Source: a virus
DNA: 64,000 nucleotides
IMG/VR virus record: IMGVR_UViG_3300021961_000044
Location: 28,987-92,986 of that record
Strand: one strand, 5' to 3'
Part shown: piece after piece, positions 10,306 to 20,864 of the stretch
How the letters are laid out: every line of letters begins with the position of its first letter
Position numbering within the stretch: position 1 is the first letter of the stretch
The notes under the pieces: model-generated
Database searches by the model: none
What the model was told of the DNA's origin: nothing
The model's input: the letters and a program-made list of their open reading frames with translations, nothing else
Program-made: the position numbers and the translations under genes

Positions 10306-10758
10306 ATGAACAAAACTAGAGAAGTTGCAAACTTAGTTACTGAGAATAATATCTTTGTTAGCACCTCTAATAATAGAGTTGGCGTCGGATCCACTGTACC
10401 AGTAAGTAAACTCGATGTTACTGGAGATGTGACTGCTGACAACTTCAATTCGGCTTCTGATGAGTCGATGAAGAAAAATATTGTCAGTATCGCAGATGCT
10501 ATCGCAAAACTCGATAGAATCAATGGCGTTTCTTTCGTATGGAAAGAAACAAATACCAAATCATATGGAGTTACTGCTCAAAATGTTCAGAGCGTATTTC
10601 CAGAACTGGTAAATGATAATGGATCACACTTAACAGTCAATTATAATGGGTTAATTGGCGTTTTGATTGCTGCCGTAAAAGAACAACAAAAACTAATTGG
10701 TACTTTGTCGGACAGATTAGATGCTTTAGAAGGAAATAACCAAAGTGAAAACGTTTAA
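10306..10758 (+). CDS. Short protein consisting mostly of an S74-type intramolecular chaperone domain
   Basis: SD..MKKNI...GVTAQNVQSVFPELV...VNYNGLIGVLIAAVKE. Confidence 0.8.
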   Translation: MNKTREVANLVTENNIFVSTSNNRVGVGSTVPVSKLDVTGDVTADNFNSASDESMKKNIVSIADAIAKLDRINGVSFVWKETNTKSYGVTAQNVQSVFPELVNDNGSHLTVNYNGLIGVLIAAVKEQQKLIGTLSDRLDALEGNNQSENV

Positions 10759-10900
10759 ACAATTTCAAGAGGATTGGAGTAATAAATATAAAAAGAGTAT
10801 CGATTGCTCTAACCCAAAAGGATTTTCCCAAAAAGCACATTGTGCGGGAAGAGCAAAAAGAGCAAGAGGTGAGAAAACAGCATCTAAATCAGTTTCATGA
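10745..10900 (+). CDS. Small basic protein, putative internal head protein (51 aa, not in ORF track)
   Basis: GTG start; MKTFKQFQEDWSNKYKKSIDCSNPKGFSQKAHCAGRAKRARGEKTASKSVS; stop overlaps next ATG. Confidence 0.7.
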   Translation: MKTFKQFQEDWSNKYKKSIDCSNPKGFSQKAHCAGRAKRARGEKTASKSVS

Positions 10901-12339
10901 AAAAGTATTGTCGTCTTTGTAAGAAAAAAGAACATCGTGAGGAATGCGGATTTGGTCCCAAAATGTGGGACAAGTATTCTGTAGATGATGCTACCGATAA
11001 AGAGCAAGAAACTGCTGCGAAAGAATCTGGAATTATTGATGTTGAAGAAGAAAACAAGAGTGGTGATAGTTCTTTGCGTGACTGGTTTACTAAGAGTCGC
11101 GCTTCTGATGGCACCCCTGGTTGGGTTCAATTGGGCGGCAAATATGCAGGAAAACCCTGCGCCAAACAACCAGGACAAACAACTAAACCCAAGTGCGGTT
11201 CCAGCAAAATGAAGCGCAATCTTGACAAAGGTGAAGAAGAAGCGGCATTCCGTCGTAAAAATCGTAAAGATCCAAATCCAGATAGAGAGGGTAAGGCAAT
11301 CAACGTGGCTACTGAAGAAATGAATTTGGATGAAAAGTGCTGGCAAGGATACACACAGAAAGGTATGAAAAAGAAAGGCAATAAAGTTGTTCCTAACTGT
11401 GTTTCTGTTGGCGAGGAAAAAGAAAAAGATCACGAATACTCTATGGCTCGTTCTGAGATAAAAACTCTCAAAAATGCTGCTAAGAGATTAGAAAAGAAAA
11501 TGGGCAAAAAGGGTGAGGGAAATCTTGAAGCCTGGGTTCAATCCAAAATCACAAAAGCGGCGGATTATATTGACACAGCTGCGGACTATGTTACCAATGA
11601 AGAAAAAGATGCATGTTACCATAAGGTAAAGTCTCGTTATAAAGTTTGGCCAAGTGCATATGCTTCTGGTGCATTAGTTAAGTGTCGCAAAAAAGGTGCT
11701 AAAAACTGGGGCAAGAGTACCAATAAAGAAGGATATGAATATTCAAACTGGAGAGAAGACTTCAAAGCAATGGAATATGAATTCATTGATGTGATTACTC
11801 CAGATCCACTGGAACCAACAAAGGGAATTGGCAGTGAAATGATCGGAATTGAAGAGGCAGTAAGAGTTCCTCAAAAAACAGGAACAATTGTTTTTGTATA
11901 CCTTACTTTTAGAGGAAAAGCATATACCATTCAAATGTTCTTCCCATCAGTAAAACTTCCAAGTAGATCTGAAATTCAAGATCAGATTGATAAGGTATAT
12001 CCTGGAGGAAAGGTGAGAAGTTATCACACATCTGATTACAAACCAGGAGAACCAGTTTTTCATACAGAAGATTGGCAAAAAGTTAATAGACAAGATAAAA
12101 CCGATGGATTAAGTCCTGCTGCTGTAAAAGCATACCGCAGAGAAAATCCAGGTTCTAAACTGAAGACCGCTGTGACCAAGAAACCATCAGAACTTAAAGC
12201 AGGTTCTAAGGATGCAAAGCGTCGTAAGTCGTTCTGTTCAAGAATGAGTGGCATGAAGAGGCGTCTCACTTCTGCTAAAACTGCCAGAGATCCTGATAGC
12301 AGAATCAACAAAGCACTCCGTCGTTGGAACTGTAACTAA
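10897..12339 (+). CDS. Modular Lys-rich protein, putative internal head protein
   Basis: Series of short basic Cys-containing modules separated by acidic linkers. Confidence 0.6.
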   Translation: MKKYCRLCKKKEHREECGFGPKMWDKYSVDDATDKEQETAAKESGIIDVEEENKSGDSSLRDWFTKSRASDGTPGWVQLGGKYAGKPCAKQPGQTTKPKCGSSKMKRNLDKGEEEAAFRRKNRKDPNPDREGKAINVATEEMNLDEKCWQGYTQKGMKKKGNKVVPNCVSVGEEKEKDHEYSMARSEIKTLKNAAKRLEKKMGKKGEGNLEAWVQSKITKAADYIDTAADYVTNEEKDACYHKVKSRYKVWPSAYASGALVKCRKKGAKNWGKSTNKEGYEYSNWREDFKAMEYEFIDVITPDPLEPTKGIGSEMIGIEEAVRVPQKTGTIVFVYLTFRGKAYTIQMFFPSVKLPSRSEIQDQIDKVYPGGKVRSYHTSDYKPGEPVFHTEDWQKVNRQDKTDGLSPAAVKAYRRENPGSKLKTAVTKKPSELKAGSKDAKRRKSFCSRMSGMKRRLTSAKTARDPDSRINKALRRWNCN

Positions 12340-12668
12340 TGAAAAACTTCAAACAATTTCTATCAGAAAGCGTCACTATTCACGGTGATTTTAATGGAAC
12401 TCTTAATGTAGGTTCTGATCCAGTTCAACAAAAAGTTAATGAGCAGAATCAATATATTGCTGATGTTGTTTGGATGGGAAGTATTTACAGAATGAAAATC
12501 GAAAGAAAAGAATCGTTAAGACTTCCATCGACTCAAGAACTAGCAGAACAACTCCAGGGAGAATATCCTGGAGCAATCGTTCAAAGGATTTATCCATTAG
12601 AACCAAAACCAACAGTAAAAATCGCAGACGTAAAAAGGTATCATCCAGGAAAATTAGAGTGGGTATAA
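12339..12668 (+). CDS. Hypothetical protein with capsid-targeting-like N-terminus
   Basis: MKNFKQFLSE N-term; translationally coupled to upstream gene. Confidence 0.6.
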   Translation: MKNFKQFLSESVTIHGDFNGTLNVGSDPVQQKVNEQNQYIADVVWMGSIYRMKIERKESLRLPSTQELAEQLQGEYPGAIVQRIYPLEPKPTVKIADVKRYHPGKLEWV

Positions 12669-12671
12669 ATT

Positions 12672-14036
12672 ATGGCTCAGTGGAATAAAGAAACTCAAGA
12701 TTATTTAAATCAAGAAAGAACTCTTCATGAAGTTTTCATGTGTGCCGACAGGTATGGCAACATTGGAAATTGTGGCGTTTCCACTGGTGCTGGTGGCGGT
12801 AGTTATGATGCTTTTGGTCGTTCCAGAGTATCAGAACCATTCACGCTTGCTGATTATTCTCATCAATATGGACTCAATGAAGAGATTTTATCAAAGACAG
12901 TTGGCACTGCTTCTACAGTAGTACATGAACGGAATAAAGCATCAGCATCTCTAGTTGTTGGAACTGGTGCTACAGATAAAACCATTCACCAGACTCGTAT
13001 GTATCACCATTACATGCCTGGTAAGTCTCAGTTTGCTCTGTCCAGTTTCAATTTTCAAGATGTCAGAGAGAACACCGTAAAGAGAACTGGATACTTTGAC
13101 GACTACAATGGTGTTTTTGTTCAACAAGAAGGTGATGGAACAGTTTCTATCGTAAGAAGAGATTATGTTTCTGGCATTACATCTGACACGGTTATCAATC
13201 AGTCCAGTTGGAATCTTGATAAACTAGATGGAACAACTGTATCCGGTATTGAACTAGATTTTACTAAAACTCAATTATTCGCAACAGACTTTCAGTGGTT
13301 AGGTGTTGGTAGACTTCGTTGTGGATTTGTCATTGGTGGACAACTTATCTACTGCCATGAGTTCAATCATTCCAATATAGAAGAGAATGTCTATTGGTCT
13401 CAACCATCACTACCTATTCGTTGCGAGGTAGCAAATACGGGTGCTGCTGTTGGCATTACATCTATGCAGCAGATTTGTTCTACCGTCATGAGTGAAGGTG
13501 GATATGAGGAAAGTGGATTTGAATTCTCTACTGGCGATACAACTGCAATTTCTCTTCCTGGTTCTAATAATGCTCCTAATCATATCAAGTGTGTAATAGC
13601 AATTCGTCTTAAGAATACTATTAATGGGTATCAAAATAGAACGACTGTAAGGATTACAAACCTGGAACTTCTGTCTACTGCGGCACCTTGTAAGTTTGAC
13701 CTTTACAGAATGCCTAGTAATTCTAATATTACTGGAGGAACATGGGTAGATTTTGATGGTGATTATTCTGGTGTCCAGTATAATGTTGGTGTTGGAACAA
13801 ACTTTAATCTCACTGGAGCATATTCCAAACTCACTGGATTCTTAGCAGCAAACAATCCTTCGGGCAACCAAAATTCTGGCGATGCTCGTCTCAGTCCATC
13901 TGCAGCAAAAAAATCTTATCTATCACAGAACATAGATAGTAATGATAGTAATATTTTTGCTGTAGTAGTTCAAAATATGACAACAAATACGGCAAATGAA
14001 ATTTATGCTGCAGTTCAATGGAGAGAAACTAGATAG
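12672..14036 (+). CDS. Virion structural protein (beta-rich)
   Basis: DAFGR.RVSEP.TL, YMPGKSQ, DFQWLGVG motifs typical of cyanophage structural proteins. Confidence 0.65.
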   Translation: MAQWNKETQDYLNQERTLHEVFMCADRYGNIGNCGVSTGAGGGSYDAFGRSRVSEPFTLADYSHQYGLNEEILSKTVGTASTVVHERNKASASLVVGTGATDKTIHQTRMYHHYMPGKSQFALSSFNFQDVRENTVKRTGYFDDYNGVFVQQEGDGTVSIVRRDYVSGITSDTVINQSSWNLDKLDGTTVSGIELDFTKTQLFATDFQWLGVGRLRCGFVIGGQLIYCHEFNHSNIEENVYWSQPSLPIRCEVANTGAAVGITSMQQICSTVMSEGGYEESGFEFSTGDTTAISLPGSNNAPNHIKCVIAIRLKNTINGYQNRTTVRITNLELLSTAAPCKFDLYRMPSNSNITGGTWVDFDGDYSGVQYNVGVGTNFNLTGAYSKLTGFLAANNPSGNQNSGDARLSPSAAKKSYLSQNIDSNDSNIFAVVVQNMTTNTANEIYAAVQWRETR

Positions 14037-14046
14037 GTAATTTTTT

Positions 14047-15693
14047 ATGAGTGAAGTATATCTTGGTAATCCCAATCTAAAAAAAGCAAATACTCAAATT
14101 GAATTTACGGAAGAACAGGTCCGTGAATTTATTAAATGTAAAGATGACCCTGTTTATTTTACAAGAAATTATATTAAAATTGTCTCTCTCGATGAAGGTC
14201 TTACGCAATTCAATCCATATCACTTTCAAGAAAAATTAATTCACAATTTTCATGAAAACAGATTTAACATTTGTAAGATGCCTCGCCAGACGGGCAAATC
14301 TACAACTGTCGTATCTTACCTGCTCCACTATGCAGTTTTTAATGATAGTGTTAATATTGGCATCCTCGCTAACAAAGCAGCAACCGCAAGAGAATTGTTA
14401 GGTAGATTACAAACCGCATATGAGAACTTGCCCAAATGGATGCAGCAGGGTATTATTTCATGGAATAAAGGTTCGCTGGAGTTGGAGAATGGCAGTAAGA
14501 TATTGGCAGCTTCTACGTCTGCAAGTGCTGTCCGAGGTATGTCGTTTAACATCCTCTTTCTCGACGAGTTCGCGTTCGTCCCGAATCATGTTGCTGACTC
14601 GTTCTTTGCATCTGTTTATCCTACTATTACTTCTGGTAAAAACACCAAAGTAATCATTGTATCTACTCCACATGGTATGAATCATTTCTACCGTTTGTGG
14701 CATGATGCAGAAAAAAGAAAGAATGATTATATACCAACAGACGTTCATTGGTCTGAAGTTCCTGGTAGAGATTTGGAATGGAAAGAACAAACGATTAAAA
14801 ATACTTCCGAACAACAATTCAAAATTGAGTTTGAATGCGAATTTCTTGGATCTGTCGATACCTTAATTAATCCATCAAAATTAAAAAGTTTTGTTTATGA
14901 TGATCCCATACAAAAAAATGCTGGATTAGATGTATATGAAGCAGTAAAAGAAAATCATGATTATGTTTGCACTGTTGACGTTGCTAGAGGAGTTGGAGAA
15001 GATTATTCCGCATTTGTAGTTGTTGATATAACAGAATTTCCACATAAAGTAGTAGCAAAATATAGAAACAATGAAATTAAACCAATGTTGTTTCCGAATA
15101 TAATATATGAAGTATGCAAGAGTTATAATAATGCATATATTCTTTGCGAAGTAAATGATATTGGAGATCAAGTAGCAAGTATTCTCCAATATGATTTGGA
15201 ATACCAAAATCTTCTTATGTGTTCTATGAGAGGTAGAGCAGGACAAATTGTTGGACAAGGATTTTCTGGAAAGAAAACACAATTGGGCGTCAAGATGTCC
15301 AAAACTGTTAAAAAAGTTGGATCATTGAATCTTAAGACTTTAATCGAAGAAAATAAACTCATATTCAATGATTATGAAATAATCTCAGAACTTACTACTT
15401 TTATATCAAAACACAATTCATTTGAAGCTGAAGAAGGTTGCAATGATGACCTTGCAATGTGTCTTGTCATTTATGCATGGTTGGTCCAGATGGACTACTT
15501 CAAGGAACTTACTGATCAAGATGTTCGTAAAAGATTATATGAAGAACAAAAAAATCAAATTGAACAGGACATGTCTCCTTTCGGATTTATTGTTGATGGA
15601 GTAAATGATTTGGATAGTTTTGTCGATGCTGAAGGAGATAGATGGCATGTTGATGAATATGGAGACAGAGCATATATGTGGGAGTATATGTGA
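14047..15693 (+). CDS. gp17: Terminase large subunit gp17
   Basis: YLGNPNLK, Walker A RQTGKS, Walker B LDEFAF, nuclease DVARG, DDLAM. Confidence 0.97.
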   Translation: MSEVYLGNPNLKKANTQIEFTEEQVREFIKCKDDPVYFTRNYIKIVSLDEGLTQFNPYHFQEKLIHNFHENRFNICKMPRQTGKSTTVVSYLLHYAVFNDSVNIGILANKAATARELLGRLQTAYENLPKWMQQGIISWNKGSLELENGSKILAASTSASAVRGMSFNILFLDEFAFVPNHVADSFFASVYPTITSGKNTKVIIVSTPHGMNHFYRLWHDAEKRKNDYIPTDVHWSEVPGRDLEWKEQTIKNTSEQQFKIEFECEFLGSVDTLINPSKLKSFVYDDPIQKNAGLDVYEAVKENHDYVCTVDVARGVGEDYSAFVVVDITEFPHKVVAKYRNNEIKPMLFPNIIYEVCKSYNNAYILCEVNDIGDQVASILQYDLEYQNLLMCSMRGRAGQIVGQGFSGKKTQLGVKMSKTVKKVGSLNLKTLIEENKLIFNDYEIISELTTFISKHNSFEAEEGCNDDLAMCLVIYAWLVQMDYFKELTDQDVRKRLYEEQKNQIEQDMSPFGFIVDGVNDLDSFVDAEGDRWHVDEYGDRAYMWEYM

Positions 15694-15923
15694 TGGATCT
15701 AGATGGGCAAATAAAGTTAGGTCATTTGTTATTGTCTGATAGAAAATGTAGAACTTGCAAAGAAATTAAAAATTTAGTTGATAGTTTCTATAGAACTAGA
15801 AAAGATAGAGGAGCAGTTGCTTCTTCATATTCATATGAATGTAAAGAGTGTACTAAAAAAAGAATCGTTATTGGGAGAATGGTTTCTAATGTATTGAATA
15901 AATGGGAATATCCTGATTGGTAG
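15693..15923 (+). CDS. Small zinc-finger protein
   Basis: CRTC...CKEC; ATG overlaps gp17 stop. Confidence 0.65.
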   Translation: MDLDGQIKLGHLLLSDRKCRTCKEIKNLVDSFYRTRKDRGAVASSYSYECKECTKKRIVIGRMVSNVLNKWEYPDW

Positions 15924-16004
15924 TTCACGTCACATTTCCCCACTGAAAACATATTTTTTAATAAATATTTCCAGACAAACTGAGATTTTAACACGGAGAA
16001 AAAC

Positions 16005-18218
16005 ATGGCAACTCCACAATTATCTCCTGGTGTATTAACTAGAGAGGTTGACTTAACAGTAGGAAGAGCTGATAATGTCCTCGATAATATTGGGGCTATT
16101 GCCGGACCTTTTCCCATTGGACCAGTTAATCAACCTATTTTGATCACCAATGAGACAGAACTCATCGATACCTTTGGAAAACCATTAAGTACAGATGGTC
16201 AGTACGAGTATTGGATGAGCGCAGCTTCATATCTTTCTTATGGTGGAATCATTAAGGTCGTTAGAGCAGGATCCACCGATTCTACTCTTTTAACTAATGC
16301 TAACGCTGGAGTAGGTGCTGCTTACACAACTACCCTCAAGATTGACAATTATGACGACTACACTGCTAATCACCAGGATGTTGATACTGACTACGCTTAT
16401 GCTGCAAAAACTCCAGGCTCTAGACTTAACAATCTGAAAGTCTGTGTCATCGACGATCTTGCAGATCAAAGAATCGGCATCAACACAACCAACCTTGCTA
16501 ATGCAGGTGCTTTGATTGGATATGGTGTTACCACAGTTATCAACGCACAAACTCTTCCAGGTGCAGGAACAACACAATCCTTCAGTGGTTATCTGAAAGG
16601 TATTATTACAGGTGTTAGTACAGACAGCACAAACGGAAATAGCACAATCGACGTTAAGATTGTTTCTAGAGTATCTGCTGCTGGTACAGAAACAAATATT
16701 ACTTATGCTGAGAGAAACAGAACAGCTTCATTCAGCACTTCAGATGCACTTTACTTTGTAAATAACTCTGGTATTAATACCGGTCTTTCTGGCACTGTTA
16801 GCGCATATACACCTACAACTGCGGTTGATTGGTATAATGAGCAAACACTTGGTCTTACAAATGCAACAATCTATTGGAAGTCGATTGCTCCAAGACCAAC
16901 AACTTCCAATTATGCATCTCAGAGAAACTGCAAAAACGACGCACTTAACGTTGCTGTTGTAGATGATTTGGGAACAATTACGGGAGTACAAGGAACTATC
17001 CTTGAAAAGCATGTTGGACTTTCCAAGGCAGCAGACGCTATTTCTGCAGTAAATTCTCCACAAAAGATTTACTACAGTCAGTATCTTGCAGACTTCTCAC
17101 CAAATATCTACGCTGGATATAATCCATCTCAATCAGAAGATACTTATAATGGAACTGCTCCTAGAGCAACTGGTTACTCGGCAGCCTTCACAGCAGTAAC
17201 AACTGCAAGTGGTCTTTGGGGACAAAATGCACAAGACGTAACCTTCAGTGCAATTGGTAACGTAACATATACCCTTGGTGGTGGTGTTGATTATTCTGCT
17301 ACTGGCGGAATGAAGGCAACACTCGCAGATCAAATTACTGCATATGGTTACTTTGCTAATGAAGATGATGAAGCAGTTGACTTCTTGATCATGGGTCCTG
17401 GTTGCGATTCGATTGGCGAATCTCAAGCAAAAGCAAACTATCTGATTTCACTTGCAAATCAAAGAAAAGACTGTGTTGCTTGTGTTGGACCACATAGAGG
17501 AGGAATCGTTGGACAAACCAATGCAACCACTCAAACAAATAACCTGATTGAGTACTTCAGCCCACTTCAATCTTCTTCTTATGCTGTATTTGATAGTGGA
17601 TATAAGTACACTTACGATAGATTTAATAACAGATTCCGCTATGTTCCAACTAACGCTGACGTAGCAGGTTTGATGTGCAGAACAGGAATCTTGGCATTCC
17701 CATGGTTCTCCCCTGCAGGTCAACAAAGAGGAATCATCAACAATGCAATTAAACTTGCATACAATCCAAACAAAGCTCAAAGAGATCAACTTTATCCTTT
17801 GAGAATCAACCCTGTTGTTAACAAGCCTGGTGTTGGTGTTCTCTTGTTTGGTGATAAAACCGCTCTTGGTTATGAAAGTGCTTTCGATAGAATTAATGTT
17901 CGTCGTCTGTTCCTTACAATCGAACAAGCACTTCAAACTAGTGCAGAAGCACAATTGTTTGAATTGAATGACGAATTAACAAGAGCTAATTTTGTTAACA
18001 TTGTCGAACCATATCTCCGCGATATTCAAGCGAAGAGAGGAATGTATGATTTCAGAGTCATTTGCGATGGAACAAACAACACTCCTGATGTTATTGATAA
18101 TAATGAATTCAGAGCAGACATCTTTATCAAACCAGCGAAATCGATTAACTACGTCACTCTGACCTTCGTTGCAACCAGAACTGGTGTTGCATTTGAAGAA
18201 GTCATCGGTCGAGTTTGA
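16005..18218 (+). CDS. gp18: Tail sheath protein gp18
   Basis: LSPGVL.REVD, PWFSPAG, RINVRRLF, KPAKSINY. Confidence 0.97.
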   Translation: MATPQLSPGVLTREVDLTVGRADNVLDNIGAIAGPFPIGPVNQPILITNETELIDTFGKPLSTDGQYEYWMSAASYLSYGGIIKVVRAGSTDSTLLTNANAGVGAAYTTTLKIDNYDDYTANHQDVDTDYAYAAKTPGSRLNNLKVCVIDDLADQRIGINTTNLANAGALIGYGVTTVINAQTLPGAGTTQSFSGYLKGIITGVSTDSTNGNSTIDVKIVSRVSAAGTETNITYAERNRTASFSTSDALYFVNNSGINTGLSGTVSAYTPTTAVDWYNEQTLGLTNATIYWKSIAPRPTTSNYASQRNCKNDALNVAVVDDLGTITGVQGTILEKHVGLSKAADAISAVNSPQKIYYSQYLADFSPNIYAGYNPSQSEDTYNGTAPRATGYSAAFTAVTTASGLWGQNAQDVTFSAIGNVTYTLGGGVDYSATGGMKATLADQITAYGYFANEDDEAVDFLIMGPGCDSIGESQAKANYLISLANQRKDCVACVGPHRGGIVGQTNATTQTNNLIEYFSPLQSSSYAVFDSGYKYTYDRFNNRFRYVPTNADVAGLMCRTGILAFPWFSPAGQQRGIINNAIKLAYNPNKAQRDQLYPLRINPVVNKPGVGVLLFGDKTALGYESAFDRINVRRLFLTIEQALQTSAEAQLFELNDELTRANFVNIVEPYLRDIQAKRGMYDFRVICDGTNNTPDVIDNNEFRADIFIKPAKSINYVTLTFVATRTGVAFEEVIGRV

Positions 18219-18253
18219 TTTTATTATCTAATTAACACTAGGAGGACCCAAAA

Positions 18254-18880
18254 ATGGCTTACACAATCGAAAGTTTCAAAAGTGCTATGAAAGGGGGCGG
18301 TGCCCGCCCCAATCTATTTGAAGTTCAACTTACTTCATTCCCAGGTTCTGGAGCAGAATCTTTTAGTGCAACTAATTTCTCTATGCTTTGCAAGGCAGCT
18401 CAACTTCCTGCTTCAAACATCGCATCCATCGATGTTCCTTTTAGAGGAAGAACATTTAAAGTAGCTGGAGACAGAACTTTTGATCCTTGGACAATCACAA
18501 TCATCAATGATGAGGATTTTGTAATTAGAAACGCTATGGAGCGTTGGATGCAAATCATCGGTCAATATGCTGATGGTTCAGGTAAAGTTAATCCTGCAGA
18601 TTATCAAGTCAATGCAACAGTAAAACAACTTACCAGAAATTCTTCAACAGAAGGAAAAGGTGTTGCTACTGGTCAGGGACTGAGAGGAATTGCACAGTAT
18701 AAATTCTACGGAATTTTCCCAACTGCAATCTCCGCTATTGATCTGTCATTCGATTCTTCAGACACAATTGAAGAATTTACAGTTGATTTTGCTGTACAAT
18801 ATTGGACACCAGAAAACGTAACCGCAACCGGTAACAATGGTAGCCAAGCAGCACAAGATCAGGCAAATCTCGGAGCTTGA
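18254..18880 (+). CDS. gp19: Tail tube protein gp19
   Basis: GGARPNLFEV, FRGR..KVAGDRTF..W, IEEFTV. Confidence 0.96.
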   Translation: MAYTIESFKSAMKGGGARPNLFEVQLTSFPGSGAESFSATNFSMLCKAAQLPASNIASIDVPFRGRTFKVAGDRTFDPWTITIINDEDFVIRNAMERWMQIIGQYADGSGKVNPADYQVNATVKQLTRNSSTEGKGVATGQGLRGIAQYKFYGIFPTAISAIDLSFDSSDTIEEFTVDFAVQYWTPENVTATGNNGSQAAQDQANLGA

Positions 18881-18939
18881 TAATCTTATATTTGAAATTG
18901 CCTAAATAGTCTAAGATAATTCAAGTTTAACTTATAATT

Positions 18940-20616
18940 ATGTCTAGGCTTTTTGGCTTTTCTATTGAAGATTCAGACGATAAAAAACCCGAACTCACAC
19001 CGTCACCCGTTCCTCCTTCTAAGGAGGACGGGTCTGACTTTTATCTGAGTAGCGGGTTTTTTGGATCTTATGTTGATATAGAAGGAGTATATAGATCTGA
19101 ATTCGATCTAATTAAAAGGTATAGAGAAATGGCATTGCACCCAGAGGTGGATGGTGCAATTGAAGATATTGTAAATGAAGCGATTGTCTCCGATACAAAT
19201 GACAGTCCTGTACAGATTGAGTTGTCAAATTTAAATGCCAGTGACGGCATTAAGAAAAAAATTCGCAACGAGTTTAAATATATTTTAGAGTTATTAGATT
19301 TTGATAAAAAAGCACACGAAATCTATAGAAACTGGTATATAGATGGTAGAATTTATTATCACAAAATAATTGACGTAAAAAATCCTAGTGAAGGAATTCA
19401 AGAACTTAGATATATTGACGCATCTAAAATGCGTTATATTCGTCAAGAGAAAAAGAGAAAAGGAGATGAATTAAGACTTTCAAGTAATACAGAAAATCCA
19501 TTAGATTATAATTTTCCAGAAATAGAAGAATATTTTATTTACACCCAAAAAGAAACTTATCCTATGGGAACACCTAGACCTGGAGGATATAGTGGAAGTT
19601 CAAATGGAATCAAAATGACAAAAGATTCCATTTCATATTGCACTTCTGGATTAGTGGATAGAAATAAAGGAACTACCCTTTCCTATCTCCATAAAGCAAT
19701 TAAATCTCTCAATCAACTTCGTATGATTGAAGACTCTTTGGTAATTTATAGATTATCAAGAGCACCTGAGCGTAGAATATTTTATATCGATGTTGGCAAT
19801 TTGCCCAAAGTTAAGGCAGAACAATATCTTCGTGACGTTATGATGCGTTATCGCAACAAACTTGTTTATGACGCAAACACAGGAGAAATCAGAGATGACA
19901 AAAAATACATGTCCATGCTTGAGGATTTTTGGCTCCCTAGACGAGAAGGTGGGAGAGGAACTGAAATCTCAACGTTGCCAGGTGGCCAAAACCTTGGAGA
20001 AATCACTGATATTGAATATTTTAAAAAGAAACTCTTCCGTTCGCTTAACGTCCCAACATCGAGAATGGATGGAGAAGGTGGGTTTAACCTTGGAAGATCT
20101 TCTGAGATCCTGAGAGATGAAGTTAAATTCAGTAAGTTTGTTGGACGTTTGAGAAAGAGATTTTCTGGAATGTTTAATGATATGTTGAGAACTCAACTCC
20201 TTCTCAAGAATATCATTACTCCAGAAGATTGGAACATAATGAGTGAGCATATTCAATATGACTTCCTCTATGATAATCATTTTGCAGAAATGAAAGAAGC
20301 GGAGTTGATGAATGAAAGACTTGCTTTAGTTCAAACTGCAGAACCATATATTGGAAAATATTATTCACAAGATTATGTAAGACGTAAAATTCTCCGTCAA
20401 ACAGATCAAGAAATTATTGAAGAAGATATGATGATCAAAAAAGAAATTAAAGACGGAATAATTCCAGATCCAAGTGTACCTGTAGATCCAGAAACAGGAA
20501 TGCCAATAGATTCTGCAGCAGGTATGGATTTAGGAAAACCTGTAATGGAACCCGAACTTAATGCGCCAGAAGTAGATGCATCTGCTATCGAAATGCCAAA
20601 AGGCGGCGAAATTTAA
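18940..20616 (+). CDS. gp20: Portal protein gp20
   Basis: YRLSRAPERRIFYIDVGNLP, EDFWLPRREGGRGTEI. Confidence 0.98.
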   Translation: MSRLFGFSIEDSDDKKPELTPSPVPPSKEDGSDFYLSSGFFGSYVDIEGVYRSEFDLIKRYREMALHPEVDGAIEDIVNEAIVSDTNDSPVQIELSNLNASDGIKKKIRNEFKYILELLDFDKKAHEIYRNWYIDGRIYYHKIIDVKNPSEGIQELRYIDASKMRYIRQEKKRKGDELRLSSNTENPLDYNFPEIEEYFIYTQKETYPMGTPRPGGYSGSSNGIKMTKDSISYCTSGLVDRNKGTTLSYLHKAIKSLNQLRMIEDSLVIYRLSRAPERRIFYIDVGNLPKVKAEQYLRDVMMRYRNKLVYDANTGEIRDDKKYMSMLEDFWLPRREGGRGTEISTLPGGQNLGEITDIEYFKKKLFRSLNVPTSRMDGEGGFNLGRSSEILRDEVKFSKFVGRLRKRFSGMFNDMLRTQLLLKNIITPEDWNIMSEHIQYDFLYDNHFAEMKEAELMNERLALVQTAEPYIGKYYSQDYVRRKILRQTDQEIIEEDMMIKKEIKDGIIPDPSVPVDPETGMPIDSAAGMDLGKPVMEPELNAPEVDASAIEMPKGGEI

Positions 20617-20655
20617 GGCAATAAATAAATTATAGTTGTTTATTACAATATTAAC

Positions 20656-20829
20656 ATGGAAGAACTTTTAGATATGATCCAATCTGATGAATCACCTTCC
20701 CAAATCAGTGATAAGATCAAGGATATGCTTTTTGCAAAATCAGCAGAAAGAATCGAAGCTGCACGTCCAGAAGTAGCAAATTCTATGTTTGATGCTGACG
20801 AACCCTATGAGGAAGAAAGCGAAGAATAA
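20656..20829 (+). CDS. Small acidic prohead core protein (gp67-like position; 57 aa, not in ORF track)
   Basis: MEELLDMIQSDESPSQISDKIKDMLFAKSAERIE...; own ATAAATA at 20621; between gp20 and gp21. Confidence 0.7.
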   Translation: MEELLDMIQSDESPSQISDKIKDMLFAKSAERIEAARPEVANSMFDADEPYEEESEE

Positions 20830-20864
20830 TAAATAACTATTAAAGTGTATTTAATTTTAGAATA

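Noticed and set aside
7099-10758. Diversity-generating retroelement suggested by the Mtd_N-like domain and repeats
   Set aside because: No reverse transcriptase in the window; repeats are in-frame coding duplications without adenine-specific mismatches
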